Notes under the pieces: generated by a model
Seen by the model: only the letters and a program-made list of their open reading frames with translations
What the model was told of the DNA's origin: nothing
The model's database searches: none
Shown here: positions 13,672-24,746 of the stretch, piece by piece
Layout: every line of letters begins with the position of its first letter
Position numbering within the stretch: the stretch's first letter is position 1
Origin: Spirogloea muscicola
Lineage: Eukaryota
Assembly: GCA_009602725.1 (NCBI GenBank)
Contig: WELB01000002.1
Coordinates: 2,144,991 to 2,208,990 of the forward strand
Reading direction: 5' to 3'
Length of the DNA stretch: 64,000 bases
Program-made: the position numbers and the translations under genes

Positions 13672-16600
13672 GGCGCCGCCGGCAACAGCCGTCGGCTACC
13701 GGAGCGCAGGCGGCGCCGAGGGCGGCAACAGCCGTCTCAGATCCACGGCACGGCAAACGGGCGCCGCCGGCCGGGCGCGGCTGCCGCGCGCCAGATCCGT
13801 CGCCGCCCGGGGGNGCCCGGCATCGGCGACGGCGACGTCGACCGCGGAGGCGGAGCGGCGGCGGCTGGGGCCTGGGGTCGGCAGGGCAGCCAACTGGGCC
13901 CCACCGGTGGGGGGAAGTTGGGAGGGGTGACCGCGACGAGATCACGGTCTCGATCACGCTGGCGAGGGATGCTCTGACCTGCCAAATTCACAACCAGCCC
14001 TGCCTCTACAGAAGAAAGAAGAAAGAGGGGGGACCTGAGAATTGGGGGACTTTTCCTGGACTTACAGACCGGGGGGCGGAGCCCACCCTTGGGGAATGAT
14101 CGACGGGGACGGAAACGTTGGCGCGCGCGCGTCCCTTGCCGTAGAACTAAAGCTTGTGCTCTCTTGGAGCTGACTGGACGCTCAAGCCCGTTGTCGGGTC
14201 ATCGTCCACTCCACGCTATGCCGCTCCTTTCATATCAGCAGCCGCATTCACTATGCCGCCGGGAGCACGGGGAGCAGGCTGCCTTCAATGCAGCAGGCTG
14301 CTAATCTCGCGCACGTGTCTCGCATGCGCCTGTGTCCGACTGGCTGCCGCGGCGCACGAGCTGCGTCTGCGTGCCGGTCGCGCAAAGACTGCAGCCTCCG
14401 GCCCTGGGGACCCGCTACCCGGAGACTAATTCCTCATCCTTGACGTGGTGACCACCGACTCATTCGACCGAGCTCACCCCACGCAATGTGCCTCCAAGGC
14501 TGGGCATGCGGTGGCCTGCGCCGCCAGGGCCAATGAGTTGAACTACGCGACCACCCCCGGGAGGACGAGTTCTTCCCGCTCGCCATCGACACCCAGGGTG
14601 CGTTGGGCGCTCGGTGGATCGAGCGCTTTCTCCCGCCAGTACCATGGTAAATATCCATGCAGCAGGCTCGCTCGCGCAGGTGTACATGTCCGTCTCGCTG
14701 CAGAGGCCCATGGCTCACGCGCTGCAGCCGGTCTTGCCTTAGCTGCAGCCTCTGGCCCTGGCCAGGGGACCCGTTACCAGGAGACCAGTCTCTCTAAAAA
14801 AGCGGCTGCTTAGCAGGGGTTACTGAGTGATTTCGTAGCTGCTTGAGTCTGTGTGCGCAAGCTTTAGCGCTTTCCCTGGCCCATCAACTATGTCATTCTT
14901 TTTTCAGGGCTGGCCTCTCCCAGCCACCGCCCTCTCCTGGAAGCGCCTTTCTCCCGATTTCTCCGACATGCGGCCCCTCAACAAGGGTTACTGAATGTTT
15001 CGTAGCTACTTGATACTCTGTGTGCTGTAGCATCTTCTCTGGCCCCAGCGGACCATGTTCATTCTTTTTTCTGGGTTGGCCTCTCCAGCCACTGCCCGTT
15101 CCTGAAAGCGTCTCTCTTCTCCATTGCTAGCCAGTGTGTTAGCTATTCAAAAATAGCGAGGGCTGCAAAGAAACAGCTCTTCCGATGTAAGCCAATGGCC
15201 GGGAGAGGCCAGCAAAAAAGGAACGAGTAAATCTGAAAGGGCTGGAAAGGGCCGGCAAAAAAGAAAGCTCGCCCAATTCAACAAGGTGACTGGGAAAGGC
15301 CAGCCCACAAAGAATGGACAAGGTCCAAACAGCCGAAAGGCGCTTTGACTACAAGTTGCTTGGCGATGGAGAAGAAGCAGCTCTCCCAGAGAAGAAGGGG
15401 GCGAGGGCTGGAGCACCCAGCCCACAGAAGAGTGAACAATGTTCAGAAGAGCCGGGAAACATGTGATGGAAAAGCAGTCCTCTTTACAGAGACACAGAGG
15501 AGCTCTTCCAGCAGAGAGACTGCGGCTGCTGATATTGAAAGAGCGGCTGTAAAAGCCAGCTAGATGCATACAGGTGTTCATGACGGAGCCACAGGCTAGG
15601 CAGACAGGGCGCTCTTAGTACCTTCGTGTCAGCAGTAGGAAGTTTGATGAGCTGAGGGGAGGAAGAGCAACCCCGCTGCGCAAGCCAGAGGCTGCTGCAA
15701 GGGCGCGACCGGCCCGGCGATGCAAAGCAAGCGCCTGGGACCGCTGTAGGGACATAGATAAACGCATGCGGTAGCAGGACACAAGATCCAAAGGCACCGA
15801 GCCTCCAGGAAGTGCTGCACCCTGTTCGCGGCGCCGCTGGTCAGCTTGAGAGGCCAGCAGCGCAAATACCGAGGACCACTGACCCCCGTAACACCCGTGG
15901 ATGTCCAAGGCCAGGGGGTTAGAGGTATTACCCCCCGGGTGGTCCTTGTACTTATGCAGCTTCTTCTGTTCGGCTGCCAAAGGGAGGTGGTGGCTAAGGA
16001 AGGCCAGCATAATATCAAACACCCTCTGTATATTATCAAACACCCGTCCTGCGGCTGCTCAACTGGGTTACTTGTTTCACAGCTTCTTGATTCCCTGGGT
16101 GTTTTCGCGCTTTCCCTGGCCCCTTTGAACTTTTTCATTCTTGCTTCTAGGCTGGCCTCTCACAGCCCTTGCCCCCATTGTGAGAGCCACTTCCTCTCGC
16201 AGCCACTGCCCTCTCCTGGAAGCATTCTTCTTCTCCTTCACAAGGCGGCAGGAACGCAATTGGCAGGCTATGGTCTCAAGGAGTGAAAGTATGCCGATCC
16301 CCTGCGTGCGCAGGCACGCTACGCTGCGCTGGTGGAGAGAGCGGCCTATGACCAGGTAGGATAGCTCCTTCCGCCGCACGACCTTCGAGGGCGCGCCCGG
16401 CTCCTCTCAGCCTCCTCCCCGGGGCGCGGCGGCGTGGTTATCAGCGCTTCCAATATACGCGGCGCTCACGATGCCCGACGAGGTGTTCAGGATGGCGGTC
16501 CACAGGCTCCTGGGCCTCCTCCCTCCCTGCCTCGTCGGGGTCCTGCAATGCGAGCGCGGGACCCGCCACGCGACCCTGCGGAGCTGGCTGCCCACATGCT

Positions 16601-17005
16601 CCGCTGCGCGCATGGGGGCGAGAAGCAAGCGCGGCCAGATTAACTGGTGGCTGGGAGAGGCCAGTTCAGTTGACAGGTCATTTGTAAGGCTTGAATTGGC
16701 CTCCCTTTCAATTTCATGCGCACCGCGCGCCTTCTCCCTCTGGCCAGCCCAAAAGAATGGACAAGGTCTGGAGGAGTCGGAGTGCTAAGGACTGAGACAG
16801 CAGTAAGCGAACTCTCAGTAACCTCTCGTCAGTAGATGCAAAGAGAGGACCGGTCCCCACGACCTCCTGCGGGACGTCATACAGGTTGCTGGAGGCGGGC
16901 TACAAAGTAGCCGTGGAGAACCTCTCTAAAATGCCCATCCAGCTGGGTGCGGACGGCCAGCTCCATACCCGGCGCGCCGACCTGGTCGCCAATTCCGCCC
17001 GGCGG

Positions 17006-17578
17006 AAGAAAGTGCTCGCCCATAGAGAAGAACGGCTGGCAAAGCCAGCCCAAAAAGAATGGACAATGTCCATGGCCGAAGAAAGAGGAATCGGAAAAGG
17101 ACTACACTTCAAAACACGAGACGATGCAGAGGGAAGCTCAGTACCCGCGAGTTAGCAACATCAAGTCAGAGTAGCTCGCTGCAGGGAAGGAGGCACTCCG
17201 CCGAGACCCATTGGGCAGCAGACATAGCACGCCCTGCTCGCGTGTGGACGGCGTAGGCAAGGGAGCGTTGGAACGAGACCGCCAGGCGCATACGGAAGAC
17301 CTGAGCGAGTGAACCGGCGGCGTTGAAGCTGGGCAGCGCCCCTGGCAGACCGGTCAATGGCCTGACGGGCAAGCCGCTGGAGGAGATCCAGCCAGCGGCT
17401 GCCGAAAGCTCCGTGGACATCGAATGCTAGAGCCGCGAATTCATCACCAACCGGGTGATCGGCGTATTTGCGCTCCTTGCCCTGGGCCGTCAGGCCGACG
17501 GCGTGCCCAGCAGTCGACGTCGATCTGGTGAAATTGGCGGAGTCGACGCAGTCAATTGCGACCATATCGGCGATTGAT
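17006..17578 (-). mobile_element. 5'-truncated RLE retrotransposon copy inserted antisense
   Basis: Encodes IADMVAIDCVDS...KERKYADHPVGDEF...; 3' end ...GAGCACTTTCTT; GCGG on both flanks. Confidence 0.85.
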
Positions 17579-17759
17579 GCGGAGGTTCCCGAATCATCTC
17601 AGATGTGGTGACTACCGACTGCGTCGATTCCGCCAATCTCACCAGATCAGCGTCGACCGCAGGGCACGCGGTCGGCCTGGCGGGATCGGGGCAAGGAGCG
17701 CAAGTACGCGGACCATCCAGCTGGTGATGAGTTTGCGGCGTTCGCGATAGATGTGCACG

Positions 17760-18132
17760 AAAGAAGTGCGCGCCCATAGAGAAGAGGGGCTGGCAAAGCC
17801 AGCCCAAAAAAGAATTGGACAATGTCCAAAGCCAAAGAAAGAGGAGCTGGAAAGAGGACTACACTACAAAACACTGCAGAACACATAGACGATGCAGAGG
17901 GAAGCTCAGTACCCACGAGTGAGCAACATCAGGTCTGAGTAGCTCGCTGCAGGGAAAGAGGCACTCCGCCGAGACCCAGAGGCGGCGGCCATAGCACGGC
18001 CTGCTCGCGTGTGGACGGCGTGGGCAAGGGAGCGTTGAAGCGATACGGCCAGGCGCATGCGGAAGACATGTGCGAGCGAACCGGCGGCGTTGAAGCCGGG
18101 CATCGCCCCTGGCAAACCCGGGCCGCCGGTCA
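17760..18132 (-). mobile_element. 5'-truncated RLE retrotransposon copy inserted antisense
   Basis: ORF ...GSLAHVFRMRLAVSLQRSLAHAVHTRAGRA...LLTRGY*; same 3' UTR; ACG on both flanks. Confidence 0.85.
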
Positions 18133-19976
18133 ACGGGGCTCTTCTTCTTTTGGCGGTCGCTGTCCGGATCTCCTCCAGCGGCCTGCTCGTCAGGCCATTG
18201 ACCGGCGGCCGGATCGCAGCCAGGGGCGCTGCCCGGCTTCAACGGTGCCGGCTCGCTGGCGCAGGTATTCCGTACGCGGCTGGCGGTCTCGTTCCAGCGT
18301 TCCCTGGCACGGAGTCCATACGCGGGCAGGCCGTGCTACGGCTGCTGCGTCTGGGTCTCGGCGGAGTGCCTCATTCCCAGCACGAATTACTCTGACTTGC
18401 TGTTGCTTACACGTTTATTCTGAGCTTCCTTCTGCATCGTCTCGTGTCTGCTTGTGTGGTTTTTTTCCGGCTCCTTCTTTGGCTTTTGGATATTGTCCAC
18501 TCGTTTTGGGCTGGCTTTGCCAGCCCTTCTTCTCTATGGGAGAGCAATTTCTCTGATCACCTGCTGGGGACGAACTTCTTGAGCTGGCAGTCGACATTGT
18601 CAGGGCGTTTGGGATTGGGTGGCTCTCTCCAGCTGCGTGCACGGCAAGCCACGGCCCAAGGTCAGGCCAGCAAAGTGAGCAGCCCGGCCGCTGGGTCACT
18701 CGCTGAGGTGTTCCGGATGCGTCTATTAAGTAAGAAAATGCTCGCCCATAGGAAAGGAGGGGCTAGCAAAGCCAGCCCAGAAAAGAGTGGACAATATCCA
18801 AAGGCCACCAAAACGGTGCCGAGAAGGAAAAACCACACAACTAGACACGAGATAATGCAGATGGAAGCTCAGTACCCACGAGTGAGCAACAGCAAGTCAG
18901 AATGACTCGAAGCTGGGAAAGAGGCACTCACAAGCATTTGCACTGCGTTCTCAGGCAGGCTGGACTTGGGCTGCTGCTTCTGTTCTTGACGGGGTGATAG
19001 TGACCCTTCTGCAACCTACTCTGACTTGCGACCGCTAACTACGTGTTACTGAGCACACATCCTAGTGCATACTTACAAGCTGTGAGCTTAAGCGATTGTC
19101 CGCCCTTTGAAGCTTGTCCAACTCCTTTGGACTTCCTTGCTCAATCTTTTGTGGGCTGGCTTTTCACAGCCCCCAATTCCCTTGGAAGACCGCACTTCTC
19201 CGCCGTCAAGGCTCGAAGTAATCTTCCCTGGGCGTAAACCCCCGATGAGCTTCTGAAAGTCCTACTTTTGTGGGGCATGCTAATTGAGGACGTCTACTAC
19301 GAGGTCTTAATCTGCAATTTTCCGGAGGAAGAAAGTAGGGGGCGCTTCAAAGTCGGGGAGTGCTGTTCAGGGAAACAGCTCTTTCACTGCAAGGCATGGC
19401 TGTGAAGCCCAAAGGATTGTACAAGCTTCAAAGAGCCGAAAGGTGCCAGAAACACACCGGTATGCAATAGACTACAGCGAATGGGAGTTTAGTAAGCACA
19501 AGTCAGCAGCCGCAAGTCGGAGTAACTTGCAGCTGGAAAAGAGGCACCCCGACGAGACCCAGAATTCTTCCAACGGTCCCAGGCTCATGCAGTGCACTTG
19601 TGTGCAGGCGGTTCCACAGCTGCTGCTTCTGGACTCGTCGGGGTGCCTCTTTTCCAGCTGACCTCTCATAGCCACTGCTCTCAATATGGAAGCGCTCTTT
19701 TCTTTTCCAGCTGCAGCTTACTCCAACTTGCGGCTGCTGACACGGGGTAATTAAGCTCCACTCAGTGAGAACAGCGCTCAGTGTAGTCTCTTGCATAGCT
19801 GTGAAATTTTGGCGCCCTTCAAGCTCTTGAACCGTTTTCAGAATAGCAGCCAAAGCGTTGCCTGGCCGCACGTGAAATACGTGAGCCTAGGAGGAAGGCC
19901 ACCTCACCCCCTGCACGTGCTGACGCAATGAAGATTATCGAGCCTCTCACTCTCACTTCTCACAGCGAGCGAATCC

Positions 19977-20478
19977 TCAGTAACCTCTCGTCAGTAGATG
20001 CAAATCTGAGTAGCTAGCAGGCGGAAAGACGTCGCCCTGACGGAAGCCGGAGGCCGCCGCCAGAGCGCGGCCTGCGCGCAAGTGGACCGCAAAAGCTAGG
20101 GACCGCTGCAAAGAGACGGCCAGGCGCATCCGGAAAACTTGGGAGAGGGACCCGGCGACATGGAAGCCAGGCTGCTCGCCCTGCTGCCCGTGGCGGCGGG
20201 CCGCTGCTCGCCTCGCAAGGTGGTGAAGGAGGTCCAGCCATTTGGCGCCAAAGGCGCCGTGTACGTCGACGGCGAGTCGGATAAACTCGTCGCCTACCGG
20301 GTGATCCGAGTACTTGCGCTCCTTTGCGGCGGCCGCTTGGCGGACGGCGTAGCCCGCCTCCTCCGCCGAGCGTGTTGCGCTCCTGGAATCCAAGGAGTCC
20401 GTTGTGACGACGTCGGCAATGAGCCGAGCGCGCTAGCGACGAGATCGGCGCGCCGGGTGTGGAGATCGGTGCGCCGGG
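19977..20478 (-). mobile_element. RLE domain-coding fragment of the same retrotransposon group
   Basis: LHTRRADLV followed by 138-aa ORF ...AAAAKERKYSDHPVGDEFIRLAVDVHGAFGAKW...LLTRGY*. Confidence 0.85.
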
Positions 20479-21822
20479 TCTCCCAGCCACCAGTTAATCT
20501 GGCCGCGCTTGCTCGAGCTACTCCGACTTGATGTTGCTCACTCGCGGGTACTGAGCTTCCCTCTGCATCGTCTTGTGCTTTTGTAGTGTTTTGAGGTGTA
20601 GTCGTTTTTCGGCACCTCTTTCTCTGGCTTTGGACATTGTCCATTCTTTTTGGGCTGGCTTTAGTCTGCCCCTATCCTTTTTTTTGGGCTAGCTTTGCCA
20701 GCCCCTCTTCTCTAATGGCGAGCACTTTCTTCTCACAGTCGTTGCCTCACAGTAGAATCTGTTTCTTGCTGCGTGTTCCTTTCTTCGTTTCGGGCTTTAA
20801 CGAGGGCTGTGAAGATCGAAGGCGCGCGGTGCGCATGGAATGAAAGTGGGACGGCTCTTCCAAGGAATCCAACGTAAGGCACTGGCTGAAAGAGGCCAGC
20901 CCAACGGAGTGAGCAAGTTTCGAATGGGCCGGAAAGCCAGGAAGGTGACGGGCGCCGTTGATCCGCCGGAACGCCACTGACTTCCTCCCCCACTTCCCCG
21001 GCCTGCGCATTCCGCCGTCTGCGCCGCACCCTGCGGCGGCGGCGGCGGCGGCGGCGACCGAGGAGTGGCCGAGCGCGGGCTTTAGGCGCGTCGGCTGCGC
21101 GCTGCCGCGGGCTCGCTGCGCGAACCCGTCGCCCACTGCCGGCGCTGTTCGAGAACCAGGATCTCCGAACCAGCGCGGCCCAGCGGCCCAGCGAGTCGCA
21201 CGCCCCGCGGCCTGGCGACGGGGTCCATCCAGCGCGCCCATCCGACGCTGATGTCCGAGACGGAGACGCCGCCGCCGCTGCCGCTGCCGCCGCCGCCGCC
21301 GCCGGCGCCTCTGGTACGGCGAAGGGTGCTCATGAATGGCCATTCATGAGCATTGACGAGCTGCTGCGGCGTTCTCGTCCTGGCGTGCCGCGCTGCTAGG
21401 GGTGGGTGAACGCCTTCATAGCGTTGCCCCTGGGTGGCCCTGCCATCAAATTGCATCATCGTGTCCTGCCCTTGCGCTGCTAGTCTCACAGTCCATGCAC
21501 CAGGAGTTTGGTGGCTTTGAGGTCTGCGTCGGGGTCGTCAAGCGGTCAGGTTACGCCAATACAGCTCGTCATGTCCTGGCCTTGCAGCGGCAGACAGTAG
21601 CTCCAGTCTTCAGATAATTATTTTCGTTGAGTTGAAAGCATCACTCTGGTCCGGCTCCTCACTGGATTGCTACTTTCCGGTCAATTTCACCTATGAGCTC
21701 TCACTCTGCACTCTCTGACGGCAGGCAGCCGGTGCATGTATGCCCCAGGCGGTGGAGGAGGGGGGGGCCGCAGCAGCAGCTGGGGCCCTCTCCTCGCAGC
21801 GCTGCTGCGCCCTCGGGCAGCC

Positions 21823-23891
21823 ATGGCCTGGAATGTCTTCCGCTTCTGCACCGGCCTTCGGGTTATTGGCTCAGTCATGATCCTTGTTGTACTTGGGATA
21901 GTCGGCGTGTCCTACTACGCGCTTGTCCTTTGCAACTATGGCCCCAAGCTTGTTGAAGGGGGTCGCACGTCGGCGGTGGCAGCTGTGGTGCTCTTGCTCT
22001 TCCACTCCTTGGTATGTGCTCCATACCTTGCTGCAACTCTTCGGATATGACTTATGATACTGTGTATGGCTGTCTCTGACTAATGCTGCTGTAAGACTGT
22101 CGCTCTGAGGGCTCTCTATCGATTGTTCCCTTATGAGTCCAGCTTGATGCAGATTCCATGACAGCAACCTCATGGCTGTTGCGTGTTTTATAGCTTGTCA
22201 TGCTCCTCTGGTGCTATTTCATGGTGGTGTTCACCGACCCTGGGGGCGTGCCTCCCGGTTGGAGGCCTTTGCTTGGAGAAGACGAGCTGGAAGCGCAGAC
22301 CCTTCCGCTCACATCCACCCCCCCCCTTGTCGCTTCGTCTGGTCCTGTCGGGGCACCCCCACTTGCGACCGGAAACATTGGCAGCCTTATGACGAGCAGA
22401 GCCACGCAGTCCCGCGTGCGTTACTGCCGCAAATGCGCACAATTCAAACCTCCTCGGTGCCACCACTGCTCTGTCTGTGAGCTCCATTGCCAATGCCTTG
22501 ATTGCATGCAGCACATCTGTCCTCAAGATAATTATATTGCCTGCTGCTCATGAAATTCAGAGACGAGGGAGCATGCCTTTGGCATCGTGTTCTGAAGGAG
22601 GTTCATGACATTTGGCTGACGTTGTCTTGATGCTTAGGTGGGAAGTGCATCCTGAAGATGGACCACCACTGTGTGTGGGTCGTGAACTGCGTGGGAGCAC
22701 GCAACTACAAGGCTTTCCTTTTGTTCTTAGTGAGGCCTTGACACATACCTTCTCAATTTCAGTGCATTGCCGGTCACATGGGTTTTGCATGGAAAATGCA
22801 GATGTGCGCACCCCGGGGTGTGCACCTCCTCAAAGCCTCTGTCTGCGTTCTCGTTCAGCTCTACACGTTCTTGGAGACATCACTAGTGGCAGTAGCGCTT
22901 CTCCCAGACTTCATTGCGTTCTTCACAATGGACGATGATTCTGAGGAGAAGCATCCGGGCAGCCTGGCAACCACTTTTCTCAGCTTCGGTGAGACACTCT
23001 TCTCTTCCAGCCATCAGCTGCTATTGAGCCACGAGTTGCTGCTTTGTTGAATAGAGCTGCTCGCAGATCTGCCCGAGTGTCGTGTCTGATTACATCTGCA
23101 AGGGGGTCATGCGGTGCCAGCAATGACGTACATGGGGTGTGGTGGTGCAATCACCACACTTGCCTGCTGCACATTGCATAACGTCTTCTCTATGCTAAGC
23201 TGAGCCGTGCTTGCTGTTTGGAAATCTTATCAGTACTCAACATTGCCTTTGCCTTAAGTGTCCTTGGCTTCATGGTGATGCACGTGTCACTTGTTGCTGG
23301 CAATACGACCACCATTGAGGCAAGCTTCTAGATTATGTCTCCCTCAAGCCTTGCATTCTAGGTCCTCAGTGAGCAAGCTGAAAAGACGTGTCCTTAAAGC
23401 ATGTCTGATACTCATAGGAGCTGCCCTTTTCTTGCATCTGAGAAGAGTTGCAAACATCTTGGTGAAACCTGTTGTCAATCTCTCTGAGCTTGACAGGCTT
23501 ATGAGAAGAAGAGCAGTGCTAGATGGCTGTATGACATCGGGCGCCGAAGGAACACTGAGCAGGTAGTGACCTGACAGCATTCAGCTCTCTCTTTTTTTGC
23601 AACGTTCTGTTCAGCTCAATGACTGAGCTGTTACAAAATTCTGACCTCCGGCATTTTATGCCGTACAACTTCACGCTTTTGCTATGATGTCTACATTATA
23701 CTTGCAGGCCGAGCACAAGGCAAATTCCTCCCAATCAATCCCTTGTTTGGTGTTTCGCGTCGCAGGTGTTTGGTACAGATCCTGCCTACTGGCTCCTGCC
23801 TCTGTACACTCAAGAGGATATACATAGATTACCTGCATTGGAGGGCTTAGACTATCCAATCAGGACAGATTGTGACCCGCAGGTTTTCTGA
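21823..23891 (+). CDS. DHHC protein S-acyltransferase (PAT)
   Basis: [71 protein letters not shown]; stop ends at 23891; N-terminus may extend upstream. Confidence 0.93.
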
Positions 23892-24620
23892 CAGCAATGC
23901 ATACAGTCACCGTCATTTTTCCCGTGTAATCTCTCCAGAGACCGTAGCATTTCTACGATTCTATCAGCTTTTGCAGCAACTTGTCCGTTATGATGGCAGC
24001 AGACACCAAGCAGCTCCTGCTGGGTCTTCTCTCCAGACATTCTGCCTTTCTTGACATTCATTAGGAGATGCTCATGACGAAGTCGTGCTGCGACAAGGAA
24101 TCGCAAATATCTTGTCCATTGACTCTTTTGGTCCTCACTAGGTCGTCGGTGTGCCACTTCAGTTATGATCGATGCAGGACAAGCCTGCAGATTGATAGCA
24201 GCAAAGCAGACAGCAGCTGCAGAGCAGAGGGCCGGCCTCTTGGCTGTTGAATGTTGTGGTATGGTGGAACAGCAATCCAGGCTGGAAACCCATCAATTCA
24301 GCAGATGAAGCCTTTTCACAAGGAATGATGGACACTCAGCCCAGATAAAGTGTTGTAATCTGTAGTTGGTGTTTTAGAATGGTGAACCACCGATGTGGGC
24401 TAGAGAACTACTCTATCAAATGCCGCAGTATAACAAACAGTGTACCAACTGACTCAGCCTTATACGCTGTGGAAGTAATCCCTGTCTAAGGAATGCGGCT
24501 GCTGATGTAGACAGCAGCTGTGAATAGGGGTGCCCTAGCACATCGGGCTTCTTTCCCAACGCTGGATCTGAGGCGCCCGCCCTACTGCTCCGGTGCGCCC
24601 TAGCTATGGCTGCCACTCTC

Positions 24621-24746
24621 TGACTGAGGGCGGAGCCTGTGCCATCTGTGTGACTGTATGGCTGATTTCTGAGTGAGGGCGGAGCCTGTGCTGGCTGTGA
24701 CACACCGTAGCTGATGTCTGGGTGAGGGCGGAGCCTTTGCTATCTG
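24621..24746 (+). repeat. Tandem repeat of about 50 bp, roughly 2.5-3 units
   Basis: Core tgagggcggagcct recurs at about 24624, 24674 and 24723. Confidence 0.8.

Larger units (their letters stand above)
16240..18550 (+). mobile_element. Decayed host RLE retrotransposon (post-RT region, zinc knuckle, RLE, 3' UTR) interrupted by three antisense copies
   Basis: ARLLSASSP..AAAWLSALP...FRMAVHRLLGL...C...HMLRCAHGGE|RTGPHDLLRDV...RRADLV|...IISDVVTTD...DVH|GA.FG... is colinear once 16624-16842, 17006-17578 and 17760-18132 are removed; small frameshifts remain. Confidence 0.85.
14150..20900. mobile_element. Nested cluster of about 15 or more 5'-truncated non-LTR retrotransposon fragments (RLE-type, CRE-like), both orientations, several subfamilies
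   Basis: Repeated C-terminal peptide DVVTTD...KERKYxDHP.GDEF..LAxDVHGAFG..W...FRMRLAVSLQRS...RAGRA.AAASG....YSDLxLLTRGY* followed by a 3' UTR with a GGCTG..CAGCC hairpin. Confidence 0.85.

Noticed and set aside
17787..17811. Rho-independent terminator (GC hairpin plus T tract)
   Set aside because: Eukaryotic DNA, and in the element's sense orientation the T tract precedes the hairpin; it is the retroelement 3' UTR stem.
24621..24746. CRISPR-like 50-bp periodicity
   Set aside because: The intervening sequences are related to each other, so it is a degenerate minisatellite.
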